Assembly: GCF_009914755.1 (NCBI RefSeq)
Contig: NC_060934.1
Reading direction: 5' to 3' (one strand)
Source: the human T2T-CHM13v2.0 reference genome, Homo sapiens
DNA length: 64,000 nucleotides
The notes beneath the pieces were generated by a model. That model was not told the DNA's origin and made no database searches. It saw only the letters and a list, made by a program, of their open reading frames with translations. This document shows, piece after piece, positions 1-15,000 of the stretch (positions within the stretch are counted from its first letter, which is position 1; each line of letters starts with the position of its first letter). Both the position numbers and the translations under genes were made by a program.

Positions 1-3000
1 TCATCATCAGATGGAAATGAATGGAATCATCATAGAATGGAATCGAATGGATTCATTGAATGGAATCAGATGGAATCATCAAATGGACTTGAATGGAATC
101 ATTGAATGGACTCGAATGGAATCATTATCAAATGGAATCGAATGGAATCACCGAATAGAATCGAATGGAACAATCATCGAATGGACTCAAATGGAATTAT
201 CCTCAAATGTTATCGAATGGAATTATCGAATGCAATCGAATAGAATCATCAAATGGACTCGAATGGAATCATGGAATGGAATGGAATGGAATAGTCAATG
301 AACTCGAATGGAATCATCATTGAATGGAATCGAATGGAATCATCGAGTGGAATCGAATGGAATCATGATCAAATGGAATCGAATGTAATCATCATCAAAT
401 GGAATCAAAATAACCATCATCAATTGGTATTGAATGGAATGGTCATCAAATGGAATTCAAAGGAATCATCATCAAATGGAACCGAATGGAATCCTCATTA
501 AATGGAAATGAAAGGAATCATCATCTAATGGAATCGCATGGAATCATCATCACATGGAATCGAATGGAATCATCATCAAATGGAATCTAATGGAATCTTT
601 GAACGGAATTGAATGGAATCGTCATCGAATGAATTGAATGCAAACATCGAATGGTCTCGAATGGAATCATCTTCAAATGGAAAGCAATGGAATCATCGCA
701 TAGAATCGAATGGAATTGTCTTTGAATGGACTCGAATGGAATCACCATCAAACGGAATCACAGGGTATTATCGAATGGAATCGAAGAGAATCATCGAATG
801 GCCACGAACGGAATCATCTAATGAAATGGAATGGAATAATCCACGGACCCGAATGCAATCATCATCAAATAGAATCGAATGCAATCGTCGAATTGACTCG
901 AATGGAATAAACACTGAACGGAATTGAATGGAATCAACGTCGAATGGAATTGAATGGAATCATCATGGAATGGAAATGAAAGAGTCATCATCTAATGGAA
1001 TAGCATGGAATCATCATCAAATGGAATCGAATGGAATCATCATCGAATGGAATCTAATGGAATCATTGAACGGAATTGAATGGACTTGTTATCGAATGAT
1101 TTGAATGCAATCATCGAATGGTCTCGAATGGAATCATCTTCAATTGGAATGGAATGGAATCATCCCATAGAATCGAATGGAATTATCTTCGAATGGACTC
1201 AAATGGAATCAACATCAAACGGAATCAAACGGAACTATCAAATGGAATCGAAGATAATCATCGAATGGACTCGAATGGAATCATCTAATGAAATAGAATG
1301 GAATAATCTATGGACTCGAATGCAATAACCATGAAATGGAATCGAATGGAATCGTCGAATGGACTCGAATGGAATAATCATTGAACGGAATAGAATGGAA
1401 GCATCACCGGATGGAAACGAATGGAATCATCATCGAATGGAATCATCAAATGGAATCAGATGGAATCATCATCAAATGGAATCGAATAGAATTATGGAAT
1501 GAAATCCAATGTGATCATCATCGAATGGACTCGAACGGAATCATCATCCAATGGAAACTAATGGAATCAACATCGAATGGAATCGAATGGAAACACCATC
1601 GAATTGAAACGAATGGAATTATCATGAAATTGAAATGGATGGACTCATCATCGAATGGATTCGAATGGAATCATCGAATGAAATTGATTGAAATCATCAT
1701 CAAATGGAATCGAACGGAATCATTGAATGGAATCGAATGGAATCATCATCACATGGAAATGAATGGAATCATCATAGAATGGAATCGAATGGATTCACTG
1801 AATGGAATCAGATGGAATCATCAAACGGACTTGAATGGAATCATTGAACGGACTCGAATGGAATCATTATTAAATGGAATTGAACGGAATCATCGAATGG
1901 TCTCGAAAGGAATCATTATCGAATGGAATCACCGAATAGAAACGAATGGAACAATCATTGAATGGACTCAAATGGAATTATCCTCAAATGGAATCGAATG
2001 GAATTATCGAATGCAATCGATGGGAATTATCGAATGCAATCGAATAGAATCATCGAATGGACTCGAATGGAATCATCGAAAGGAATGGAATGGAATAGTC
2101 AATGAACTCGAATGGAATAATCATTGAATGGAATCGAATGTAATCATCGAGTGGAATCGAATGGAATCATGATCAAATGGAATCGAATGTAATCATCATC
2201 AAATGGAATCAAAAATAACCATCATCAATTGGTATTGAATGGAATTGTCATCAAATGGAATTCAATGAATCATCATCAAAGGGAAGCGAATGGAATCCTC
2301 ATTGAATGGAAATGAAAGGAGTCATCATCTAATGGAATCGCATGGAATCATCATCAAATGGAATCGAATGGAATCATCATCAAATGGAATCGAATGGAAT
2401 CATTGAACGGAATTGAATGGAATCGTCATCGAATGAATTGATTGCAATCATCGAAGGGTCTCGAATGGAATCATATTCAAATGGAAAGGAATGGAATTAT
2501 CGCATAGAATCGAATGGAATTATCATCGAATGGACTCGAATGGAATCAAAATCAAACGGAATCAAATGGAATTATCGAACGGAATCGAAGAGAATCTTCG
2601 AATGGCCACGAATGGAATCATCTAATGGAATGGAATGGAATAATCCATGGACCCGAATGCAATCATCATCGAATAGAATCGAATGGAATCATCGCATGGA
2701 TTCGAATGGAATAATCATTGAACGAAACCGAATGGAATCATCGTCGAATGGAAACGAATGGAATCATCATCGAATGGAAATGAAAGGAGTCATCATCTAA
2801 TGGAATCGCATGGAATCATCATCAAATGGAATCGAATGGAATGATCATCAAATGAAATCTAATGGAATCACCAAACGGAATTGAATAGAATGGTCATCGA
2901 ATGAATTGAATGCAACCATCGAATGGTCTCGAATGGAATCATCTTCAAATGGAAAGGAATGGAATCATCGCATAGAATCGAATGGAATTATCATTGAATG

Positions 3001-6000
3001 TACTCGAATGGAATCAACATCAAACGGAATCAAACGGAATTATCGAATGGAATCGAAGAGAATCATCGAATGGCCACGAATGGAATCATGTAATGGAATG
3101 GAATGGATGAATCCACGGACCCGAAGGCAATCATCATCGAATAGAATCGAATGGAATCATCGAATGGACTCGAATGGAATAATCATTGAACGGAATCGAA
3201 TGGAATCATCGTCGAATGGAAACCAATGGAATCATCATCGAATGGAAATGAAACGAGTCATCATCTAATGGAATGGCATGGAATCCTCAAATGGAATCGA
3301 ATGGAATCATCATCGAATGGAATCTAATGGAATCATTGAATGGCATTGAATGGAATCGTCATCGAATGAATTGAATGCAATCATCGAATGGTCTCGAACG
3401 GAATCATCTTCAAATGGAATGGAATGGAATCATCGCATAGAATCGAATGGAATTATCATCGAATGGACTCAAATGGAATCAACATCAAACGGAATCAAAC
3501 GGAATTATCGAATGGAATCGAAGAGAATCATCGAATGGACTCGAATGGAATCATCTAATGAAATAGAATGGAAAAATCCATGGAATCGAATGCAATCATC
3601 ATCAAATGGAATCGAATGGAATCGTCGAATGGACTCGAATGGAATAAACATTTAACGGAATCGAATGGAATCATCACCGGATGGAAACGAATGGAATCAT
3701 CATCGAATGGAATCGAATGGAATCATCAAATGGAATCAGATGGAATCATCATCAAATGGCATCGAATAGCATTATGGAATGAAATCAAATGTGATCATCA
3801 TCGAATGGACTCGAACGGAATCATAATCCAATGGAAACTAATGGAATGAACATCGAATGGAATCGAATGGAAAAACCATCGAATGTAAACGAATGGAATT
3901 ATCATGAAATTGAAATGGATGGACTCATCATCGAATGGATTCGAATGGAGTCATCGAATGAAATTGATTGAAATCATCATCAAATGGAATCGGATGGAAT
4001 CATTGAATGGAATCGAATGGAATAATCATCAGATGGAAATGAATGGAATCATCACAGAATGGATCGAATGGATTCATTGAATGGAATCACATGGAATCTT
4101 CGAATGGACTTGAATGGAATCATTGAATGGACACGAATGGAATCATTATTGCATGGAATTGAATGGAATCATCGAATGGTCTCGAATGGAATCATTATCA
4201 AATGGAATCGAATGGAATCACTGAATAGAATCGAATGGAACAATCATCGAATGGACTCAAATTGAATTATCCTCAAATGGAATCGAATGGAATTGTCAAA
4301 TGCAATCGAATGGAATTATGGAATGCAATCGAATAGACTCATCGAATGGACTCGAGTGGAATCATCGAATTTAATGGAATGGAATAGTCAAGGAACTCGA
4401 GTGGAATCATCATTTAATGGAATCGAATGGAATCATCGAGTAGAATCGAATGGAATTATGATCAAATGGAATCGAACGGAATCATCATTGAATGAAAACG
4501 AATGGAATCATCGAGTGGAATCGAATGGAATCATGATCAAATGGAATCAAATGTAATCATCATCAAATGGAATCAAAAATAACCATCATCTATTGGTATT
4601 GAATGCAATTGTCATCAAATGGAATTCAAAGGAATCATCATCAAATGGAACCGAATGGAATCCTCATTGAATGGAAATGAAAGGAGTCATCATCTATTAG
4701 AATGGCATGGAATCATCATCAAATGGAATCGAATGGAATCATCATCAAGTGGCATCTAATGGAATCCTTGAACGGAATTGAATGGAATCGTCATCGAAAG
4801 AATTGAATGCAATCATCGAATGGTCTCGAATGGAATCATCTTCAAATGGAAAGGAATGGAATCATCGCATAGAATCGAATGGAATTGTCATTGAATGGAC
4901 TCGAATGGAATCAACATCAAACGGAATCAAACGGAATTATCTAATGGAATCGAAGAGAATCATCGAATTGCCACGAATGCAATCATCTAAAGTTATGGAA
5001 TGGAATAATCCATGGACCCGAATGCAATCATCATCGAATAGATTCGAATGGAATCATCGAATGGACTCGAATGGAATAATCATTGAAAGGAATCGAATGG
5101 AATCATCGTCGAATGGAAACCAATGGAATCATCATCGAATGGAAATGAAAGGAGTCATCTAATGGAATCACATGGAATCATCATCAAATGGAATCGAATG
5201 GAATCATCATCGAATGGAATCTAATGGAATCATTGAACGGCATTGAATGGAATCGTCATCGAATGAATTGAATGCAATCATCGAATGGTCTCGAATGGAA
5301 TCATCTTCAAATGGAATGGAATGGAATCATCGCATAGAATCGAATGGAATTATCATCGAATGACCTCAAATGGAATCAACATCAAATGGAATCAAACGGA
5401 ATTATCGAATGGAATCGAAGAGAATCATCGAATGGACTCGAATGGAATCATCTAATGAAATAGAACGGAAAAATTCATGGAATCGAATGCAATCATCATC
5501 AAATGGAATCGAATGGAATCGTCTAATGGACTCGAATGGAATAAACATTGAACGGAACCGAATGGAATCATCACCGGATGGAATCGAATGGAATCTTCAT
5601 CGAATGGAATCGAATGTAATCATCAAACGGAATCAGATGGAATCATCATCAAATGGAATCGAATAGAATTATGGAATGAAATCCAATGTGATCATCATCG
5701 AATGGACTCGAACGGAATCATCATCCAATGGAAACTAATGGAATCAACATCGAATGGAATCGAATGGAAACACCATCGAATGGAAACGAATGGAACTATC
5801 ATGAAATTGAAATGGATGGACTCATCATCGAATGGATTCGAATGGAATCATCGAATGAAATTGATTGAAATCATGATCAAATGGAATCGGATGGAATCAT
5901 TGAATGGAATCGAATGGAATCATCATCATATGGAAATGAATGGAATCATCACAGAATGGATCGAATGGTTTCATTGAATGGAATCAGATGGAATCATCGA

Positions 6001-9000
6001 ATTGACTTGAATGGAATCATTGAATGGACTCGAATGGAATCATTATTGAATGGAATTGAATGAAATCATCGAATGGTCTCGAATGGAATCATTACCAAAT
6101 TGAATCGAAAGGAATCACCGAATAGAATCAAATGGAACAATCATCGAATGGACTCAAATGGAATTATCCTCAAATGGAATAGAATGGAATTATCAAATGC
6201 AATCGAATGGAATTGTCGAATGCAATCGAATAGAATCATCAAATGGACTCGAATGGAATCATCGAATGGAATGGAATGGAATAGTCAATGAACTCGAATG
6301 GAATCATCATTGAATGGAATCGAATGGAATCATCGAGTGGAATCGAATGGAATCATCATTGAATGGAATCGAATGGAATCAGCGAGTGGAATCGAATGGA
6401 ATCATGATCAAATGGAATCGAATGTAATCATCATCAAATGGAATCAAAAATAACCATCATCTATTGGTATTGAATGCAATTGACATCAAATGGAATTCAA
6501 AGGAATCATCATCTAATGGAACCGAATGGAATCCTCATTGAATGGAAATGAAAGGAGTCATCATCTAATGGAATGGCATGGAATCCTCAAATGGAATCGA
6601 ATGGAATCATCATCAAATGGCATTTAATGGAATCCTTGAACGGAATTGAATGGAATCGTCATCGAAAGAATTGAATGCAATCATCGAATGGTCTCGAATG
6701 GAATCATCTTCAAATGGAAAGGAAAGGAATCATCACATAGAATCGAATGGAATTATCATTGAATGGACTCGAATGGAATCAACATCAAACGAAATCAAAC
6801 GGAATTATCAAATTGAATCGAAGAGAATCATCGAATTGCCACGAATGCAATCATCTAATGGTATGGAATGGAATAATCCATGGACCCAGATGCAATCATC
6901 ATCGAATAGAATCGAATGGAATCATCGAATGGACTCGAATGGAATAATCATTGAACGGAATCGAATGGAATCATCGTCGAATGGAAACCAATGGAATCAT
7001 CATCGAATGGAAATGAAACGAGTCATCATCTAATGGAATGGCATGGAATCCTCAAATGGAATCGAATGGAATCATCATCGAATGGAATCTAATGGAATCA
7101 TTGAACGGCATTGAATGGAATCGTCATCGAATGAATTGAATGCAATCATCGAATGGTCTCGAATGGAATCATCTTCAAATGGAATGGAATGGAATCATCG
7201 CATAGAATCGAATGGAATTATCATCGAATGGACTCAAATGGAATGAACATGAAACGGAATCAAACGGAATTATCGAATGGAATCGAAGAGAATCATCGAA
7301 TGGACTCGAATGGAATCATCTAATGAAATAGAATGGAAAAATCCATGGAATCGAATGCAATCATCATCAAATGGAATCGAATGGAATCGTCGAATGGACT
7401 CGAATGGAATAAACATTTAAGGGAATCGAATGGAATTATCACCGGATGGAAACGAATGGAATCATCATCCAATGGAATCGAATGGAATCATCAAATGGAA
7501 TCAGATGGAATCATCATCAAATGGCATCGAATAGCATTATGGAATGAAATCCAATGTGATCATCATCGAATGGACACGAACGGAATCATCATCCAATGGA
7601 AACTAATGGAATCAACATCAAATGGAATCGAATGGAAACACCATCGAATGGAAACGAATGGAATTATCATGAAATTGAAATGGATGGACTCATCATCGAA
7701 TGGATTCGAATGGAGTCATCGAATGAAATTGATTGAAATCATCATCAAATGGAATCGGATGGAATCATTGAATGGAATCGAATGGAATCATCATCAGATG
7801 GAAATGAAGGGAATCATCACAGAATGGATCGAATGGATTCATTGAATGGAATCACATGGAATGATCGAATGGACTTGAATGGAATCATTGAATGGACTCG
7901 AATGGAATCATTATTGCATGGAATTAAATGGAATCATCCAATGGTCTCAAATAGAATCATTATCAAATGGAATCGAATGGAATCACCAAATAGAATCGAA
8001 TGGAACAATCATCGAAGGGACTCAAATGGAATTATCCTCAAATGGAATCGAATGGAATTATCGAATGCAATCAAATGGAATTATCGAATGCAATCGAATA
8101 GAATCATCGAATGGACTCGAATGGAATCATCGAATGGAATGGAATGGAATAGTCAAGGAACTCGAATGGAATCATCATTGAATGGAATCGAATGGAATCA
8201 TCGAGTGGAATCGAATGGAATCATGATCAAATGGAATCGAATGGAATCATCATTGAATGGAATCGAATGGAATCATCAAGTGGAATCGAATGGAATCATG
8301 ATCAAATGGAATCGAATGTAATCATCATCAAATGGAATCAAAAATAACCATCATCTATTGGTATTGAATGCAATTGTCATCAAATGGAATTCAAAGGAAT
8401 CATCATCAAATGGAACCGAATGGAATCCTCATTGAATGGAAATGAAAGGAGTCATCATCTAATGGAATGGCATGGAATCATCATCAGATGGAATTGAATG
8501 GAATCATCATCAAATGGCATCTAATGGAATCCTTGAACGTAATTGAATGGAATCGTCATCGAATGAATTGAATGCAATCATCGAATGGTCTCGAATGGAA
8601 TCATCTTCAAATGGAAAGGAATGGAATCATCGCATAGAATCGAATGGAATTATCATTGAATGGACACGAATGGAATCAACATCAAACGGAATCAAACGGA
8701 ATTATCGAATGGAATCGAAGAGAATCATCGAATTGCCATGAATGCAATCATCTAATGGTATGGAATGGAATAATCCATGGACACGAATGCAATCTTCATC
8801 GAATAGAATCGAATGGAATCATCGACTGGACTCGAATGGAATAATCATTGAACGGAATCGAATGGAATCATCGTCGAATGGAAACCAATGGAATCATCAT
8901 CGAATGGAAATGAAAGGAGTCATCATCTAATGGAATCGCATGGAATCATCATCAAATGGAATCGAATGGAGTCTAATGGAATCATTGAACGGCATTGAAT

Positions 9001-12000
9001 GGAATCGTCATCGCATGAATTGAATGCAATCATCGAATGGTCTCGAATGGAATCATCTTCAAATGGAATGGAATGGAATCATCGCATAGAATCGAATCGA
9101 ATTATCATCGAATGGACTCAAATGGAATGAACATCAAACGGAATCAAACGAAATTATCGAATGGAATCGAAGAGAATCATCGAATGGACTCGAATGGAAT
9201 CATCTAATGAAATAGAATGGAAAAATCCATGGAATCGAATGCAATCATCATCAAATGGAATCGAATGGAATCGTCAAATGGACTCGAATGGAATAAACAT
9301 TGAACTGAAGCGAACGGAATCATCACCGGATGGAAACGAATAGAATCATCATCGAATGGAATCGAATGGAATCATCAAATGGAACCCGATGGAATCATCA
9401 TCAAATGGCATCGAATAGCATTATGGAATGAAATCCAATGTGATCATCATCGAATGGACTCGAACGGAATCATCATCCAATGGAAACTAATGGAATCAAC
9501 AACGAATGGAATCGAATGGAAACACCATCGAATGGAAACGAATGGAATTATCATGAAATTGAAATAGATGGACTCATCATCGAATGGATTCGAATGGAGT
9601 CATCGAAAGAAATTGATTGAAATCATCATGAAATGGAATCGGATGGAATCATTGAATGGAATCGAATGGAATCATCATCAGATGGAAATGAAGGGAATCA
9701 TCACAGAATGGATCGAATGGATTCATTGAATGGAATCACATGGAATGATCGAATGGACTTGAATGGAATCCTTGAGTGGACTCGAATGGAATCATTATTG
9801 CATGGAATTAAATGGAATCATCCAAAGGTCTCGAATGGAATCATTATCAAATGGAATCAAATGGAATCACCGAATAGAATCGAATGGAACAGTCATCGAA
9901 GGGACTCAAATGGAATTATCCTCAAATGGAATTGAATGGAATTATCGAATGCAATCGAATGGAATTATCGAATGCAATCGAATAGAATCATCGAATGGAC
10001 TCGAATGGAATCATCGAATGGAATGGAATGGAATAGTCAAGGAACTCAAATGGAATCATCATTGAATGGAATCGAATGGAATCATCGAGTGGAATCGAAA
10101 GGAATCATGATCAAATGGAATCGAATGGAATCATCATTGAATGGCATCGAATGGAATCATCGAGTGGAATCGAATGGAATCATGATCAAATGGAAATGAA
10201 TGGAATCATCACAGAATGGATTGAATGGTTTCATTGAATGGAATCACATGGAATCATCGAATGGACTTGATTGGAATCATTGAATGGACTCGAATGGAAT
10301 CATTATTGCATGGAATTGAATGGAATCATCGAATGGTCTCGAATGGAATCATTACCAAATGGAATCCAATGGAATCACCGAATAGAATCGAATGGATCAA
10401 TCGTCGAATGGACTCAAATGGAATTATCCTCAAATGGAATAGAATGGAATTATCGAATGCAATCGACTAGAATTATCGAATGCAATCGAATAGAATCATC
10501 GAATGGACTCGAATGGAATCATCAAATGGAATGGAATGGAATAGTCAATGAACTCGAATGGAATCATCATTGAATGGAATCGAATGGAATCATCGATTTG
10601 AATCGAATGGAATCATGATCAAATGGAATCGAATGTAATCATCATCAAATGGAATCAAAAATAACCATCATCAATTGGTATTGAATGGAATTGTCATCAA
10701 ATGGAATTCAAAGGAATCATCATCAAATGGAACCGAATGGAATCCTCATTGAATGGAAATGAAAGGAGTCATCATCTAATGGAATGGCATGGAATCATCA
10801 TCAAATGGAATCTAATGGAATCCTTGTATGGAATTGAATGGAATCGTCATCGAATGAATTGAATGCAATCATCGAATGGTCTCGAATGGAATCATCTTCA
10901 AATGGAAAGGAATGGAATCATCGCATAGAATCGAATGGAATTATCATCGAATGGACTCGAATGGAATCAACATGAAACGGAATCAATCGGAATTATCGAA
11001 TGGAATCGAAGAGAATCATCGAATGGACTCGAATGGAATCATTATTGAATGGAATTGAATTGAATCATCGAATGGTCTCGAATGGAATCATTATCAAATG
11101 GAATCGAATGGAATCACCGAATAGAATCGAATGGAACAATCGTCGAATGGACTCACATGGAATTATCCTCAAATGGAATCGAATGGAATTATCGAATGCA
11201 ATCTAATGGAATTATTGAATTCAATTGAATACAATCATCGAATGGACTCGAATGGAATCATCGAATGGAATGGAATGGAATAGTCATTGCATTCGAATGG
11301 AATCATCATTGAATGGAATCGAATGGAATCATCGAGTGGAGTCGAATGGAATCATATAGTGGAATCGAATGGAATCATGTTCAAATGGAATCGAATGTAA
11401 TGATCATCAAATGGAATCAAAAATAACCATCATCAATTGGTATTGAATGGAATTGTCATCAAATGGAATTCAAAGGGATCATCATCAAATGGAACCGAAT
11501 GGAATCCTCATTGAATGGAAATGAAAGGAGTCATCATCTAATGGAATCACATGGAATCGTCATCAAATGAAATCAAATGAAATCATCATCAAATGGAATC
11601 TAATGGAATCATTGAACAGAATTGAATTGAATCGTCATCGAATGAACTGAATGCAATCATCGAATGGTCTCGAATGGAATCATCTTCAAATGGAAAGGAA
11701 TGGAATCATCGCATAGAATCGAATGGAATTATCATTGAATGGACTCGAATGGAATCAACATCAAACGGAATCAAACGGAATTAGCGAATGGAATCGAAGA
11801 GAATCATCGAATGGACTCGAATGGAATCATCTAATGGAATGGAATGGAATAATCCATGGACTCGAATGCAATCATCATCGAATAGAATCGAATGGAATCA
11901 TCGAATGGACTCGAATGGAATAATCATTGAACGGAATCGAATGGAATCATCATCAGATGGAAACGAATGGAATCATCATTGAATGGAATCGAATGGAATC

Positions 12001-15000
12001 ATCAAACGGAAACAGATGGAATCATCATCAAATGGAATCGAGTAGAATTATGGAATGCAATCCAATGTGATCATCATCGAATGGTCTCGAATGGAATCAT
12101 CATCCAATGGAAACTAATGGAATCAACATCGAATGGAATCGAATGGAAACACCATCGAATTGAAAGGAATGGAATTATCATGAAATTGAAATGGATGGTC
12201 TCATCATCGAATGGATTCCAATGAAATCATCAAATGAAATTGATTGAAGTCATCATCAAATGGAATCAAATGGAATCATTGAATGGAATCGAATGGAATC
12301 ATCATCAGATGGAAATGAATGGAATCATCATAGAATGGAATCGAATGGATTCATTGAATGGAATCAGATGGAATCATCCAATGGACTTGAATGGAATCAT
12401 TGAATGGACTCGAATGGAATCATTATTGAATAGAATTCAATGGAATCATTGAATGGTCTCGAATGGAATCATTATCAAATGGAATCGAATGGAATCACCG
12501 ACTAGAATCGAATGGAACAATCATCGAATGGACTCAAATGGAATTATCCTCAAATGGAATCAAATGGAATTATCGAATGCAATCGAATGGAATTATCGAA
12601 TGCAATCGAATAGAATCATCGAATGGGCTCGAATGGAATCATCGAATGGAATGGAATGGAATAGACAATGAATACGAATGGAATCATCATTGAATGGAAT
12701 CGAATGGAATCATTGAGTGGAATCGAATGGAATCATGATCAAATGTAATCAAAAGTAATCATCATCCAATGGAATCAGAAATAACCATCATCAATTGGTA
12801 TTGAATGGAATTGTCATCAAATGGAATTCAAAGGAATCATCATCAAATGGAACCGAATGGAATCCTCATTGAATGGAAATGAAAGGAGTCATCATCTAAT
12901 GGAATCGCATGGAATCATCATCAAATGAAATCGAATGGAATCATCATCAATTGGAATCTAATGGAATCATTGAACAGAATTGAATGGAATCTTCATCGAA
13001 TGAATTGAATGCAATCATCGAATGTTCTCGAATGCAATCATATTCAAATAGAATGGAATTTAATAATCGCATAAAATCGAATGAAATTATCATCGAATGG
13101 ACTCGAATCGAATCAACATCAAATGGAATCAAACGGAATTATCGAATGGAATCGAAGAGAATCATCGAATGGACTCGAATGGAATCATCTAATGGAATGG
13201 AATCATCTAATGGATTGGAATGGAATAATCCATGGACACGAATGCAATCATCATCCAATGGAATCGAATGGAATCATCGAATGGACTCGAATGGAATAAT
13301 CCTTGAACGGAATCGATTGGAATCATCATCGGATGGATACGAATGGAATCATCATTGAATGGAATCGAATGGAATCATCAAATGGAATCAGATGGAATCA
13401 TCATCAAATGGAATCGAGTAGAATTATGGAATGCAATCCAATGTGATCATCATCGAATGGACTCGAATGGAATCATCATCCAATGGAAACTAATGGAATC
13501 AACATCGAATGGAATCGAATGGAAACACCATCGAATTGAAAGGAAAGGAATTATCATGAAATTGAAATGGATGGACTCATCATCGAATGGATTCCAATGA
13601 AATCATCGAATGAAATTGATTGAAATCATCATCAAATGGAATCAAATGGAATCATTGAATGGAATCGAATGGAATCATCATCAGATGGAAATGAATGGTA
13701 TCATCATAGAATGGAATCAAATGGATTCATTGAATGGAATCAGATGGAATCATCCAATGGACTTGAATGGAATCATTGAATGTACTGGAATGGAATCATT
13801 ATTGAATAGAATTGAATGGAATCATGGAATGGTCTCGAATGGTATCATTATGAAATGGAATCGAATGGAATCACCGAATAGAATCGAATGGAACAATCAT
13901 CGAATGGACTCAAATGGAATTATCCTCAAATGGAATCAAATGGAATTATCGAATGCAATCGAATGGAATTATCGAATGCAATCGAATAGAATCATCGAAT
14001 GGGCTCGATTGGAATTATCGAATGGAATTTAATGGAATAATTGAACGGAATTGAATCGAATCGTCATCGAATGAATTGAATGCAATCATCGAATGGTCTC
14101 GAATGGAATCATCTTCAAATGGAAAGGAATGGAGTCATCGCATAGAATCGAATGGAATTATCATTGAATGGACTCGAATGGAATCAACATCAAACGGATT
14201 CAAACGGAATTATTGAATGGATTCGAAGAGTCATTGAATGACTCGAATGGAATCATCTAATAAAATGGAATCAAATAATCCATGGACTCGAATGCAATCA
14301 TCATCGAATGGTATCGAATGGAATCATTCAATGGACTCGAATGCAATAATCATTGAACGGAATCGAATGGAATCATCATCAGATGGAAACGAATGGAATC
14401 ATCATCGAATGGAAATGAAAGGAGTCATCATCTAATGGAATCGCATGGAATCATCATCAAATGGAATCGAATGGAATCATCATCAGATGGAATCTAATGG
14501 AAACATTGAACGGAATTGAATGGAATCGTCATCGAATGAATTGAATGCAATCATCGAATGGTCTCGAATGGAATCATCTTCAAATGGAATGGAATGGAAT
14601 CATCGCATAGAATTGAATGGAATTATCATCGAATTGACTCGAATGGAATCAACATCTAACGGAATCAAACGGAATTATCGAATGGAATCGAAGAGAATCA
14701 TCGAATGGACTCGAATGGAATCATCTAATGGAATGGAATGGAATAATCCATGGATTCGAATGCAATCATCATCGAATGGAATCAAATGGAATCATCGAAT
14801 GGACTCGAATGGAATAATCATTGAACGGAATTGAATGGAATCATCATCGGATGGAAACGAATGGAATCGTCATCGAATGGAATCGAATGGAATCATCAAA
14901 TGGGATCAGATGGAATCATCATCAAATGGAATCGAATAGAATTATGGAATGAAATCCAATGTGATCATCATCGAATGGACTCGAATGGAATCATCATCCA

